From: a virus
Reading direction: 5' to 3' (one strand)
IMG/VR virus record: IMGVR_UViG_3300013102_000005
Coordinates: 1-64,000 of that record
DNA length: 64,000 nucleotides
Shown here: positions 19,501 to 28,216 of the stretch, piece by piece
Position numbering within the stretch: position 1 is the first letter of the stretch
How the letters are laid out: each line of letters begins with the position of its first letter
The notes under the pieces: model-generated
Seen by the model: only the letters and a program-made list of their open reading frames with translations
Databases searched by the model: none
What the model was told of the DNA's origin: nothing
Translations under genes and position numbers: made by a program

Positions 19501-20723
19501 GCGCCGCCCACATAGCCGATCTCGAAGCGGGCATTGGTCGCCGTCGCCGGCTGCCACAGCACGGTGTCGCTGTTGATGTAGGCCCAGCCGTTGAGCGTGG
19601 TTGTGCCGTTGACGGTGAGGTTGTTGCTCAGCGTCGCAGCACCCGCCAGCGCCAGCGAGCCCGCCATGTTGACCGTGCCGGTGAAACTGGGCGAAGCCAG
19701 GGGCGCCTTGAGCGCCAGCGCATTGGTCATCGTGGCGGCGAAGTTGGGATCGTCGCCGATGGCGTCGGCCAACTCGTTCAGGGTGTCGAGCGCCCCCGGC
19801 GCCGAGTTGATCAGGTTGGCGATGGCCGTGGACACGAAGGCCGTCGAGGCGGCCAGGGTCGTATTGTTGCCGACGGCCTGGGTGGGCACGTTGAGTGCGC
19901 CGGTGACCGTGGCACTGGCGAGGGTGGCCAGGCCTGCGACGCTCAGGGTGCCGGACAGGACCGCAGCGCCGGCGACCGACAGCGAGCTTTTCAGGGCGGC
20001 GGCGCCGTTGACCGTGATCGCCGCGAGGGTGGCCATGCCGGCCACCGCCAGGGTGCCTGCCATGCTGACGGGGCCGGTGAACGACGGCGCCTCCACCGGC
20101 GCGCGGGTGGTATCGGTCGGGTGGACGTGATCCTCGCGCGCGAATCGCTTGCTGGCGCCGACCTTGCTGGTGCCATCCATCAGCGGCTGCGCGGTGCCGC
20201 CGTAGTTGCTATCGACCGTCGAGATCAGCACGTAATTGGGGTGCGGATTGGTCGCGGCCTCGTGTGCCGCGAGCATGGCGAGCACCAGGGCCGAATCAGG
20301 ATCCACAGAGACGGTCAGGCTGCTGGAAGGCAGCTGGTCGAAACTGATGTCGTTGACCAGGACGAACGCCACGCCACTGGTCTTGCTACCCAGGGGCCCG
20401 GTGGTGCGGCTCCAGACGGCGAAGAGCACGTTGCCCGCCCAGAACGCCACCTCATTGATGGTCCCGGTGCTGGTGTCCGCCGGCCAGACGCTGGTCATGC
20501 GGATCTGGTTATTGGTCACGCGGGCGCTGGAGCCTACCTTGACCCGCTTGATCTCCTTGACCAGAGCGGTTTCTTTGCCGGTGGGTGTGTAGGCGCCAGT
20601 GCCGAACGATACGGCATCCAGCGTCAGCGCCAGTCCGTTATTGCTGGCAGCCAGCGCGGCGGCCTTGCCTGCGTCGGTGATGGTCGGGATGAACACGACC
20701 GATTGCGGGGTGGATGTAGCCAT
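16506..20723 (-). CDS. Long tail fibre protein with internal duplications and Gly-rich C-terminus
   Basis: ITDAGKAA N-terminus, HEAATNPHPNY, APGALDTLNELADAIGDDPNFA fibre motifs. Confidence 0.9.
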   Translation of the reverse strand: MATSTPQSVVFIPTITDAGKAAALAASNNGLALTLDAVSFGTGAYTPTGKETALVKEIKRVKVGSSARVTNNQIRMTSVWPADTSTGTINEVAFWAGNVLFAVWSRTTGPLGSKTSGVAFVLVNDISFDQLPSSSLTVSVDPDSALVLAMLAAHEAATNPHPNYVLISTVDSNYGGTAQPLMDGTSKVGASKRFAREDHVHPTDTTRAPVEAPSFTGPVSMAGTLAVAGMATLAAITVNGAAALKSSLSVAGAAVLSGTLSVAGLATLASATVTGALNVPTQAVGNNTTLAASTAFVSTAIANLINSAPGALDTLNELADAIGDDPNFAATMTNALALKAPLASPSFTGTVNMAGSLALAGAATLSNNLTVNGTTTLNGWAYINSDTVLWQPATATNARFEIGYVGGAATSPYIDFHSGATVADFDSRLMAGGGDGTSGGGFLSVRARCFALGTTTSSSVALYIRTDNQLTSSNYGVYFASVWDPTVATTQGIAFASRPAIADTAGTIGFTYGFQSTAPTFNGANAAIGEHMHFQATAVGSTAIGKAFGFRGQLNRVDGKDRWNLFADGTAPNHMMGNLLIGTTADIGGNLQVVGQANVQGSGNAWTMTIQDTGANGATLKMVGNGSATPGKYLRVKDGSFQIINSAYGATIFSLNDNGSGQFAGEVQTTAINSYRQVYGNYGTFWRNDGSNLWLMLTSANDQYGGYNALRPFRVNLADGTVTFGHAVTVAANASVSGTFQAGNVAAFAGAPIASSVSLNVGPRGYATAAMTGTSQRGVNVQLNYGPDCTSTANDFRAYSSIGDGSTSATLGQHIGYVQEPLAIGSNQLVTNHTSYLANDQPLVALANAYGFYGSMNTVSGKNRWNLYMGGSAPNYLAGKVLIGTATDDGSGSMLQLNGNMMSINTSGNVKSLLIRDEGAQGAAIQLYGNGSTPGKYLRSKGGNFEVVNSAFNSVLLTLTDAGFLTTASGATFNGNANVTGTFAVKGQTTLSDGGFVFTTNSLAITPSGMNAGIELGDTRGGSATTPFLDWHSGATAVDYDFRMLASGGDGTVGNGTMTFTGNAFYVNAWTTLNRPTTISYGSGSAYLNINGVSGNYRHLRLSTAGTVRWDVGATNDAESSGNVGSNFYVNRFADDGSYLDTPFAIIRSTGLVNVGQMAIATTITMPTQARTDSSTKGATTAFVRDAISVKGVSVRFVANGTWTCPAGVTQIYVSACAGGGGGAGGGGYGQTYGAGGGGGGGAGTFLIMHPLTVTPGMTYTIGIGAGGNAGTGGTSGNGGNSGVSGGSTTMKNSNGNDMFSPLVGGAGATGGSLTSGAGGIGGYYGGEDGGDARGAGLGGDGGSGGSGPFGTAGGGGRAGNNYGVASKPGLGYGCGGGGGGASWQSSGDGGNGTAGMPGFLMIQY

Positions 20724-20786
20724 GCGGTCCTCGTGGGCGCCAAAAAGGGCAGGCGCGGCCGAGGAGGCCACGCCTATGCTGCGCCT

Positions 20787-20829
20787 ATTCTGCGAGGGCC
20801 GTTACACCCCTTCGGCCGAGGCTTTCCGA
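20787..20829 (-). promoter_or_regulatory. Late promoter element TCGGAAA-N30-CAGAAT
   Basis: TTTCCGA 20823-20829; attctg 20787-20792. Confidence 0.8.
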
Positions 20830-20842
20830 AGGGGTGCCGGGG

Positions 20843-22153
20843 TCAGTAGGTGACCTTGAGGGCGCCGGTCTTGCCGAACCAGATGGTGCAGTCCACGTCC
20901 CGCGAAGGGCTCACGGTGATGGTGAGTCGCAGGCGGACCAGGGTCAGACCGGTCGCGGTGAGGAAGACCAGCAGCGGGGTCTCGAAGGGCAGGGGCCCCA
21001 GGTTTTCGCTTGGGTAGGGCAGGCTGGAATCGGACTCATCGCCGTCGAGCTTCTGGGTGTAGCCGGGCACCAACATGAGGTTGAGGCCGATGGCCGAGAG
21101 GCCTACGCCCTGACTGATCACGAGGCCGGACGCTTTGAGCTTGTCATTGTTCGCCAGGCTAGCCAGCGGCACGTCCAGGTAGGCGCTGACCTCGGCGGGA
21201 CTGCTGGTAGCGATCCCCTTGATGCGCAGCTTCTGGTAGCTGACGCCGTTCAGGGTTTCCTTGGACCAGGTGGTGGTCAGGCCGCTGATACTGCCGCTGG
21301 TGAGCTCGGCGATCCAGCCGTCAGCCAGCACTGAGCCTGCCACTGGCGCGCAGCTGGCATAGATCGAGCCGCCGGTGCCCGCCACCAGGGGATTAGGGGT
21401 GAGCGAGCCCTTGGGGTTGGAGGTGGCGTTGAACACCACGTTGGACTCGGCGAGATCCGGCAGGCCCCGGCACCAGGCCGCGACGATCTTGCCCACCACG
21501 CGCCCAGCGACCATCGCGCCGATCTTGCTGGGATGGATCCAGTCACGCACGACGCTGGCCAGGGGGTAGTAGTTGGTCCCGCTGGCGGGATCGACCCAGT
21601 AGTCCCAGACGTTGGCCACCGCGCACATCTGACTCATGACCCTCTCGATCCAGACGTGCATCGCGTAGTGGTCGGCCTTCTGCGCGGCGGTGAGCTCGTA
21701 GCTGCTGGAGCCATTCCCGCGCGGCGTCTCGCTTATCAGGATCACGTCGATGCCAGCGATCTGGAAATTGCGCACGATCTCGCGCAAGTTGCGCTGGCTG
21801 GTGCCCAGGTCGATACCGGCGGGGCGGTCGTTGGTCGAGCCCCAGACCACCACCAGGTTGACGCCCGCCGCCTTGAGCGTGGCGATATAGGCGGCCTGGC
21901 GGACGAGCATCTGGGCGGTGGTGTCGCCGGCGACGCCGCCGTTGTAGGCCACCGGTGCGGAGCAGGCGCCGTTGCTGAACTTCTGCACCCAGCCCATGAG
22001 GCCCCAGGTCTTGAGATAGTCGTTGGCGCCGGAGCCCGACCAGGAGAGGAAAATCCGGCTATCGCCAAAGCCGCCGATGGTGCGGTTACGCGGTGTGGCG
22101 CGGACGAAGCCCAGTCGGTTGAGGGCTGCGGTGAGTTCGAGGGTGTCGGCCAT
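20843..22153 (-). CDS. SGNH/GDSL hydrolase
   Basis: FGDSR, GVAGDTT, GSTND and DWIHP blocks. Confidence 0.85.
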   Translation of the reverse strand: MADTLELTAALNRLGFVRATPRNRTIGGFGDSRIFLSWSGSGANDYLKTWGLMGWVQKFSNGACSAPVAYNGGVAGDTTAQMLVRQAAYIATLKAAGVNLVVVWGSTNDRPAGIDLGTSQRNLREIVRNFQIAGIDVILISETPRGNGSSSYELTAAQKADHYAMHVWIERVMSQMCAVANVWDYWVDPASGTNYYPLASVVRDWIHPSKIGAMVAGRVVGKIVAAWCRGLPDLAESNVVFNATSNPKGSLTPNPLVAGTGGSIYASCAPVAGSVLADGWIAELTSGSISGLTTTWSKETLNGVSYQKLRIKGIATSSPAEVSAYLDVPLASLANNDKLKASGLVISQGVGLSAIGLNLMLVPGYTQKLDGDESDSSLPYPSENLGPLPFETPLLVFLTATGLTLVRLRLTITVSPSRDVDCTIWFGKTGALKVTY

Positions 22154-22174
22154 GGGGTCGCTCTAAGCAGGGGG

Positions 22175-22861
22175 TCAAGACGAGGCGACGACGCGCTGAC
22201 CACCCGATACGATCACTGCCCCACCCAGCGCCAGGGCACCGTCAGGGAGGTCGTCGTCGATCAGCTCGCCGGCGACATAGCACAGCGTGATGGGGAAGAA
22301 CGTCGGCGCGGCGACGTAGGTACTGCGAAAGGCGCGGGTTACGCGGACTTCAAGGACGATCCGGGCGGCCACGGTGGAGAGCAGGGCGCGCAGCACGCGC
22401 TCGGGGACTTCGGAGGTGGCCACATCCACCCGCACGCGCGAGGTCATGTAGAAGGCCTCGATGGCATCGCCATCCAGGGCGATCTCGGCCAGGCTCTTGC
22501 AGCCCTCGGGATAGGCGGCGGACTTCTTCTGCCAGAGCTGGCTGACGTCCCAGACCGACCCGAACAGGATCTGGAGGTACTTCTTGAGGAAGTGCATGCC
22601 CCGCTTGGGGTTGCGATGCCGCCACGCCTTGTAGAGGTAGCGCATCCCGTCGTCGTCGGTGAGGTTGAGCACCGACAGACCGTCGCCCGTGAGCGCGCGC
22701 TGGATGAGCGACAGCGGCCCCAGGTGCGGGGCGCCGTAGACGTTGATCTCGTCGTCCAGCTCGGCCAAATTCTCGAGATACAGCTGGTTGAACAGCTGCA
22801 CCAGCTGCTCCTCGGTGTCGCCGACTTGCAGCGTCTGGAGCAGCGGATTCATGGGGTTCAT
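22175..22861 (-). CDS. Baseplate wedge protein
   Basis: RNPKRGMHFLKKYLQ, FYMTSRVRV; position in baseplate cluster. Confidence 0.6.
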   Translation of the reverse strand: MNPMNPLLQTLQVGDTEEQLVQLFNQLYLENLAELDDEINVYGAPHLGPLSLIQRALTGDGLSVLNLTDDDGMRYLYKAWRHRNPKRGMHFLKKYLQILFGSVWDVSQLWQKKSAAYPEGCKSLAEIALDGDAIEAFYMTSRVRVDVATSEVPERVLRALLSTVAARIVLEVRVTRAFRSTYVAAPTFFPITLCYVAGELIDDDLPDGALALGGAVIVSGGQRVVASS

Positions 22862-24261
22862 TCGCTGGGCGGCTCCACGTTGACGGTGAGGCTCGCCTCA
22901 CTGACGTAGCGGTAGCTCTCCGGCACGATGGTCCCGGCGTCGGAGACCACCACCTGGATGTCAGCGTTCTCTGCCTGGCAGGCGGGGATGTTGTCGTAGA
23001 GCAGCTTGGTGATCGTCTTGTAGAGGATCCGCCCACGGCCGCGCTTGGCCCAGGCTGATTCGCGGCCGTACTTGGCCAGGATCAGGTCGCGCGCGGCGGC
23101 GCGGACGGTGTCCTCGTCGTAGACGGTGGGCACCTGAAGCATCACCGTGACCGGAATGGCTGTCTCGGCCACCGGCACGAACGCCACGTTGTAGGAATCG
23201 TCCGCGCGGGCGATCACTCGCTTGATGTCGGCCTGGAGGGTGGCCACGTCCTCGCCGTCCATGAGCGCGGCGACAAACAGCTTGTTGATGTTCTCGACGT
23301 TGGAGCCGCGCACCGCTTCTTCCACCCGCTCGTTCCAGACCGACAGGAAGCGGAACGCCGGCAGGTTGCGGCGCAGCAGAAAATCGAACTCGCCCAGGTA
23401 GACCGCCGATTCGTCGTACAGCGACGGATAGCTGATCACCTCTCGCATGGTGGCGATGTCCATCGGCGCCGAGCCGGCGGAGACCACCGCCGTGAGCACG
23501 ATGGTCGCGCCCGATTCAGCCTTGGTCGGGGTGTACTCGAAAACGAAGGGGGCGTTCGCCGCCAGGGAGATCTCGCCCTCAGTCTGGGTCACCGCCACCA
23601 GGATCTGCTCACCGGCAACCGGCTGATAGCCGGCGATGGCGCTGGCGCCGAAGCGCACGGACAGCTGTCGGCTCTCGTCGCTCTCGATGGTATAGGCGCG
23701 CTCGTCCACCTCGGTATTCGCGAAGGCGGGACTGTAGGCGAAGGTGTTGGCCAGGCTATCCACCACCTTGATCGCGGCGATGTAGCCGGTATCAGGAGTG
23801 GCCACGTCGATGGAGTAGAACGGCTTGGACTCCGTCACCTCGTGGGTAATGGTCGTCGTGACCTCTTGGGCCACGGTGATGCTGGCCGAACCCAGGGCCG
23901 GCACCGTGGCGCCCACGGTGACGACATGGACGCGGCCCTGCGGATCAAGCAGGCGCTTGCCGGGACTGACCATGAACGCGGTGTCGGTGGCGTTGGTGAC
24001 CAGCAGGGTGGAGCGCTGGCCCGTGCCGAAGGGCAGCACGCCCTTGACGGCGGCGCTGGCCAGCACCGTGACGTCCCGCGCCATGGTGAACGGTTCACTC
24101 GCAGCCGTATCCTGCATCTGGGAGTACATGCTCAGCATGGCGGCCATCGCGGCCAGGTTGGCCTTGATCCGTGGATCGCCCTGCTGGTACAGCGCTGCCA
24201 CAGCGGGATAGTTGGCTATCCGCTTCTCGGCGGCACTGAGAAATTCGTCGGTCGTCTTCAC
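22858..24261 (-). CDS. Baseplate J-like wedge protein
   Basis: 467 aa; SVRFG and FLSVWNE motifs; position. Confidence 0.65.
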   Translation of the reverse strand: MKTTDEFLSAAEKRIANYPAVAALYQQGDPRIKANLAAMAAMLSMYSQMQDTAASEPFTMARDVTVLASAAVKGVLPFGTGQRSTLLVTNATDTAFMVSPGKRLLDPQGRVHVVTVGATVPALGSASITVAQEVTTTITHEVTESKPFYSIDVATPDTGYIAAIKVVDSLANTFAYSPAFANTEVDERAYTIESDESRQLSVRFGASAIAGYQPVAGEQILVAVTQTEGEISLAANAPFVFEYTPTKAESGATIVLTAVVSAGSAPMDIATMREVISYPSLYDESAVYLGEFDFLLRRNLPAFRFLSVWNERVEEAVRGSNVENINKLFVAALMDGEDVATLQADIKRVIARADDSYNVAFVPVAETAIPVTVMLQVPTVYDEDTVRAAARDLILAKYGRESAWAKRGRGRILYKTITKLLYDNIPACQAENADIQVVVSDAGTIVPESYRYVSEASLTVNVEPPSE

Positions 24262-24566
24262 GTGATGGCGCCTGCGCTGTCGATGGTCACCTGGGTGCCC
24301 ATCAGGTCGATGATCAGCCGCTGGTGCTGCTTGCTGACCTGCTCCAGGTAGAGGTTGATGGAGCCGCTGGGCAGTCGCTTGAGGATCGGCACGTCGGTGA
24401 GGAGCTTCTTGAGCAGGCTATCGGCGAGCACCGAGCTACCCGGCTGCTGGAGCAGGCTCGGGATGTCGTGCCCGTAGCTCTGCCCCAGATAGCCGTTGGT
24501 GGGCATCTGGAGCCAGTGCCGTACCATCTGCGCGATCTCCAGCATCGTTACGTTCAAGCTGGACAT
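24258..24566 (-). CDS. Baseplate gp25-like protein
   Basis: HWLQMPTNGYLGQSYG motif. Confidence 0.6.
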   Translation of the reverse strand: MSSLNVTMLEIAQMVRHWLQMPTNGYLGQSYGHDIPSLLQQPGSSVLADSLLKKLLTDVPILKRLPSGSINLYLEQVSKQHQRLIIDLMGTQVTIDSAGAIT

Positions 24567-27385
24567 CAGCGATTCCCCATCCCTATCCCACCCGTCGCGG
24601 CCTGCGCCAGGCCTCTGTCACGCACATTCTGACCGAGCGGTAGCTCGATACTGGGCGGGGTTTCCTTGGCGGCGTCGTTGCTCGTGATCTTGACGGGCGC
24701 CGGCGGCGGCGCGGGTGCCACCTGCACGCTGGAGGTCGGTGGCACGCTGGCGATGGCGGGCAACTTGCCCGCACCGGTGGTGGCCACCGCCGCAGGTAGC
24801 GGCTTGAGGCTCGCCGGCACGTTGCTGGCCGCTGGCGACTTACCCAGGCGGGCGTCCAGGGCCTGCTGGTTGGCAGCCAGGTACTCGCCGGCCGTCTTGC
24901 TGCCCTTGCCTACGTTGAAGCCGGCCGCCGATTGGGTGGATACCGACAGCTGGTCCATGGTCTTGCCTTCGCCCGCGCCCTTGATGATCTCCACGCCGGC
25001 CTTGGGGCCCAGCTGGTGCAGCATGTAGAGGTTGTCGCGGTTCACGGCCAGGCCCGCTCGTGTCAGGGTGGCGGCATTCTCCTTGGCCAGCTTCATGGCC
25101 CCGGCGATGTTCTGGTCCGCATCGAACCGGTCGGTGATGCCCAAGCCCGACGCCGTGCCCCCAGTCATCTGGTAGACGCCGATGGCGCCGGTGGAGCTGA
25201 TGGCGTTGGCGTTGCCACCGGACTCGATGTTGGCCATGTCGAGCATGGCGTCCGGGTCCAGGCCTTCGGCCTTGGCGGCGGCAATGATCTTGCTGCGGAC
25301 CTCCAGCGGCATGCCGTCCTTGAGGCGGCCGCTGGTGTTGGCGCCGGAGGTCTTGAGTTCGCGGATACGGTCGGCCTCGGCGTTGGTGTACCGGCCCCAC
25401 TTGGCCAGGTCGCCACCGCCCTTGACGTCCTCGAACGACTCCTTGTGCCGGTAGCTCGCATCGAGCTTGCCCGCCAGCCGGCCGCCGGCGACGATCGCCG
25501 CCTCCTTGACCTCACCGGCCTTGGTGGTCACCGCCTCGACCACCGGGGCTGCCTTCTCCTTGACGGCATCCACCACCTTGCCGCCAGCCTCCACCGCCTG
25601 CTTGACCGTGGGGTGCTCCAAGACCGCCTGGGCCTTCTCCTGGACGTAGGCTTTGCCTTGCTCGACCAGCTTGCTGGCCTGCTCGCCCTTTTCCTTCATC
25701 CAGTCGCTGGCGCGGTCCGCCCAGCCGGAGAGCGTGTCCAGGGCACCGGAGAACTTGTTCTGCACCCAGTCCCAGCCGCTTTTGACGGTCTCGACCGCGC
25801 CGTCCCAGGCACCGGTGATCTGGTTGCCGATGTCCTTCCAGTCCACGGTGGCCAGCCAGTCCCCGACCATGCCGCCGATCTTGTCGCCCAGCATGCCGCC
25901 GATGACCGCCCCAACGGGACCGCCCAGCAGGGTGCCGATACCACCGCCGACCAAGGCGCCCACGCCCGAACCGGCGCCGTGGAAGCGCTCTTCGCGACTC
26001 TGGTCGCCCATGCCGAAGATGCTGGACAGGGCCATGCTGCCGCTGAGTAGGGCGCCCAGCAGCGGGATGCGCCGCAGCAAGCCGCCTGCAAGGCGTCCAG
26101 CGCCACCCAGCATCCGCCCCGCACGGCCGAAGCGACCCGCGCGAGCAGGACGGGTTGCGGATGGTGAGTCCGGGCCTTTCGCCGCTCCAGCGCCCTTACT
26201 GGCAGGGGAGCCGTCAGCGTTCTGCTGGGCGCTCTGCTGGCGGCCGAGCCGGCGCCGGCGGCGTTCCTGGAGAATGCTCTTGCGCCGCTGGGCCCGCTCG
26301 CGACGGGTTTCTCGGCCCTGGGCCCTGCCGGCACGACGTTCCGCGCGACCCTTGCGGCCCAGCAGACGACGAGCAAGGCCGCCAGCGGCCGCCGCCGCGC
26401 CAGTACCGACCGCGCCCAGGCCGCGCAGCAGCCCCGCCAGGAGCCCCAGGAGTGGGCCCAGGAGCGGCAATCGACCGAGGAGGCTGCCCAGGCCACCGAG
26501 CAGCTTGGATAGCGTCCCCTTGCGCTCGGTCTTCTTGTTGATCTCGCGCAGCTCGCCGAACATGCGGCGATACCAGGGCACGTTGACCTTGGTGTCGGCG
26601 GCCTCTTGGGCAGCACCAGGGCGTAGCCGACCGAACACAGACATCAGGGGGCGCGTCAGCGGCGCCAGGAGGCCACCGGCCTCTTTGGCTGCGGCAATGG
26701 AAGGGTCTACCTGTTCCAGGCCGCCAGCGGCCTCGCTGACCCCTCCGCGCATGCGGTCAAGCACGCCGGCCAGGCGCGACAGGACGCCATCGCGACGATT
26801 GTCGCGCACGCGATCGTCCTGATTGCCCTTGGCGGGATCCTCCTCGACGCGTCGGGCCCGTCCTGCCGCGTCACCGGCCGAGGCCTTGACCAGTTCTGGG
26901 CGGCCCTTGCCGATGAATCGGCCGTTGGCGTCACGCTCGCGCACTGCCTGGGCGACGGGCGCGGCCGGCGGAGGCAGCCTGACCACCTTAGATGCCAGGC
27001 TGGGTGCCACCGTGTCGGCCACCGCCGTGTTGGTAGAGGAGGCGCCCGCCACGCGCGTGCCGTCCACTGCAATCCCTTCGAGCGCTGCGGCTGCACCTTC
27101 CAGGCTGCCGGCGGCCCGCTCCAGCATCCGCAGTGCAGGATCTGCCCTCTCATCGGTGGTGCGTCGTGCAGAAGCGAGCTGCCGAATGGGTGTCTCGGCA
27201 GGCGCAGGCTCCGGCGCTTCGCCCAGGGCCTGCTGCTGGCTCAGGACATCCAGCAGCGCGCCAGTGTCGCCCTTGATGGCGCGCAGTAGCTCCAGATGCG
27301 CGCGCTCGGCGCCCAGGTCGGTGGAACGGCCTCGCAGGAAGCCCTCTGGGTCGTAGTGCAGGTGGATCTCGTCGGCGGCGTCCAT
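24566..27385 (-). CDS. Tape measure protein with lytic transglycosylase domain
   Basis: Ala/Gly-rich helical repeats, hydrophobic Gly segments, IESGGNANAISSTGAIGVYQM SLT motif. Confidence 0.8.
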   Translation of the reverse strand: MDAADEIHLHYDPEGFLRGRSTDLGAERAHLELLRAIKGDTGALLDVLSQQQALGEAPEPAPAETPIRQLASARRTTDERADPALRMLERAAGSLEGAAAALEGIAVDGTRVAGASSTNTAVADTVAPSLASKVVRLPPPAAPVAQAVRERDANGRFIGKGRPELVKASAGDAAGRARRVEEDPAKGNQDDRVRDNRRDGVLSRLAGVLDRMRGGVSEAAGGLEQVDPSIAAAKEAGGLLAPLTRPLMSVFGRLRPGAAQEAADTKVNVPWYRRMFGELREINKKTERKGTLSKLLGGLGSLLGRLPLLGPLLGLLAGLLRGLGAVGTGAAAAAGGLARRLLGRKGRAERRAGRAQGRETRRERAQRRKSILQERRRRRLGRQQSAQQNADGSPASKGAGAAKGPDSPSATRPARAGRFGRAGRMLGGAGRLAGGLLRRIPLLGALLSGSMALSSIFGMGDQSREERFHGAGSGVGALVGGGIGTLLGGPVGAVIGGMLGDKIGGMVGDWLATVDWKDIGNQITGAWDGAVETVKSGWDWVQNKFSGALDTLSGWADRASDWMKEKGEQASKLVEQGKAYVQEKAQAVLEHPTVKQAVEAGGKVVDAVKEKAAPVVEAVTTKAGEVKEAAIVAGGRLAGKLDASYRHKESFEDVKGGGDLAKWGRYTNAEADRIRELKTSGANTSGRLKDGMPLEVRSKIIAAAKAEGLDPDAMLDMANIESGGNANAISSTGAIGVYQMTGGTASGLGITDRFDADQNIAGAMKLAKENAATLTRAGLAVNRDNLYMLHQLGPKAGVEIIKGAGEGKTMDQLSVSTQSAAGFNVGKGSKTAGEYLAANQQALDARLGKSPAASNVPASLKPLPAAVATTGAGKLPAIASVPPTSSVQVAPAPPPAPVKITSNDAAKETPPSIELPLGQNVRDRGLAQAATGGIGMGNR

Positions 27386-27388
27386 GGC

Positions 27389-28216
27389 TTACTTCAGTCC
27401 ACGGATCATGCGTTGCATCCAGGGCGACTCCTTGATCTCGGCCTTGCGCTGCTCGACCGCGAACAGAGGAACATCCAGAAAGGCCTCGGCGCTATCCAGA
27501 TGGGTGCCGACCTTGCGGGCGGACACGTCCATGACGCCGTCCAGGATGGCCGTGGGCTTGCCCTCGCGCGCCAGCCGATCCAGGTAATACTCGTTCTCGC
27601 CCTGGAGCCGGTTGAAAGCGGCTAGCAAGCGGTCGTATTCGCTTTGCATCGAGTCGAGCAGGACATTGCACTGCTCCAGCACCAGGTGCTGCTCGCGCAC
27701 CGAGTCGTAGGCCGTGAGCTCGGCGTCCATCACCCCGTCCAGGCACAGTGCATAGCCGCGATTGCCGCTGTAGTTGGGCTCCAGCACGTAGTCAAACCCG
27801 TAGAAGCCGGTCGGCACCGACTTGCTGCCGATGGTGCGGCCCGAGTAGATGGCCGAGGAGAACCCGCCGGCCTTGCTCGCGAACATGCGCGCAGCGATCT
27901 TGCCGGGCACCGTGTCCAGGAATTCCGCCTCGTGCTCGACCCAGCCGTCCGGCGAGGCCTTGATGGAGACGGTGCGCAGCGCCGGCGCCACGGCGACGGC
28001 CTGGCCATCCACGACGCCGCCCTCAGCGGGATTCAGGCCGAATTTCTGGCGTGGCCAGTGCCCGAAGTAGCCGAGCAGGTCGCCATGGCGCACACGCTCC
28101 TGCACGTCGGGGCTGTTGATCAGCCGGGCAGCGGAGGTCAGGTCGAAATTACGGTCCACGCCCCGTACCGCGCGGCCACGATCGGCCAGGTTGTAGCGGA
28201 TAATCCCGGTTCTCAT
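27389..28216 (-). CDS. Prohead protease (P1 Pro-like)
   Basis: GYFGHWPR, GGFSSA, GFDYVLEPNY catalytic motifs; adjacent to portal. Confidence 0.8.
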   Translation of the reverse strand: MRTGIIRYNLADRGRAVRGVDRNFDLTSAARLINSPDVQERVRHGDLLGYFGHWPRQKFGLNPAEGGVVDGQAVAVAPALRTVSIKASPDGWVEHEAEFLDTVPGKIAARMFASKAGGFSSAIYSGRTIGSKSVPTGFYGFDYVLEPNYSGNRGYALCLDGVMDAELTAYDSVREQHLVLEQCNVLLDSMQSEYDRLLAAFNRLQGENEYYLDRLAREGKPTAILDGVMDVSARKVGTHLDSAEAFLDVPLFAVEQRKAEIKESPWMQRMIRGLK

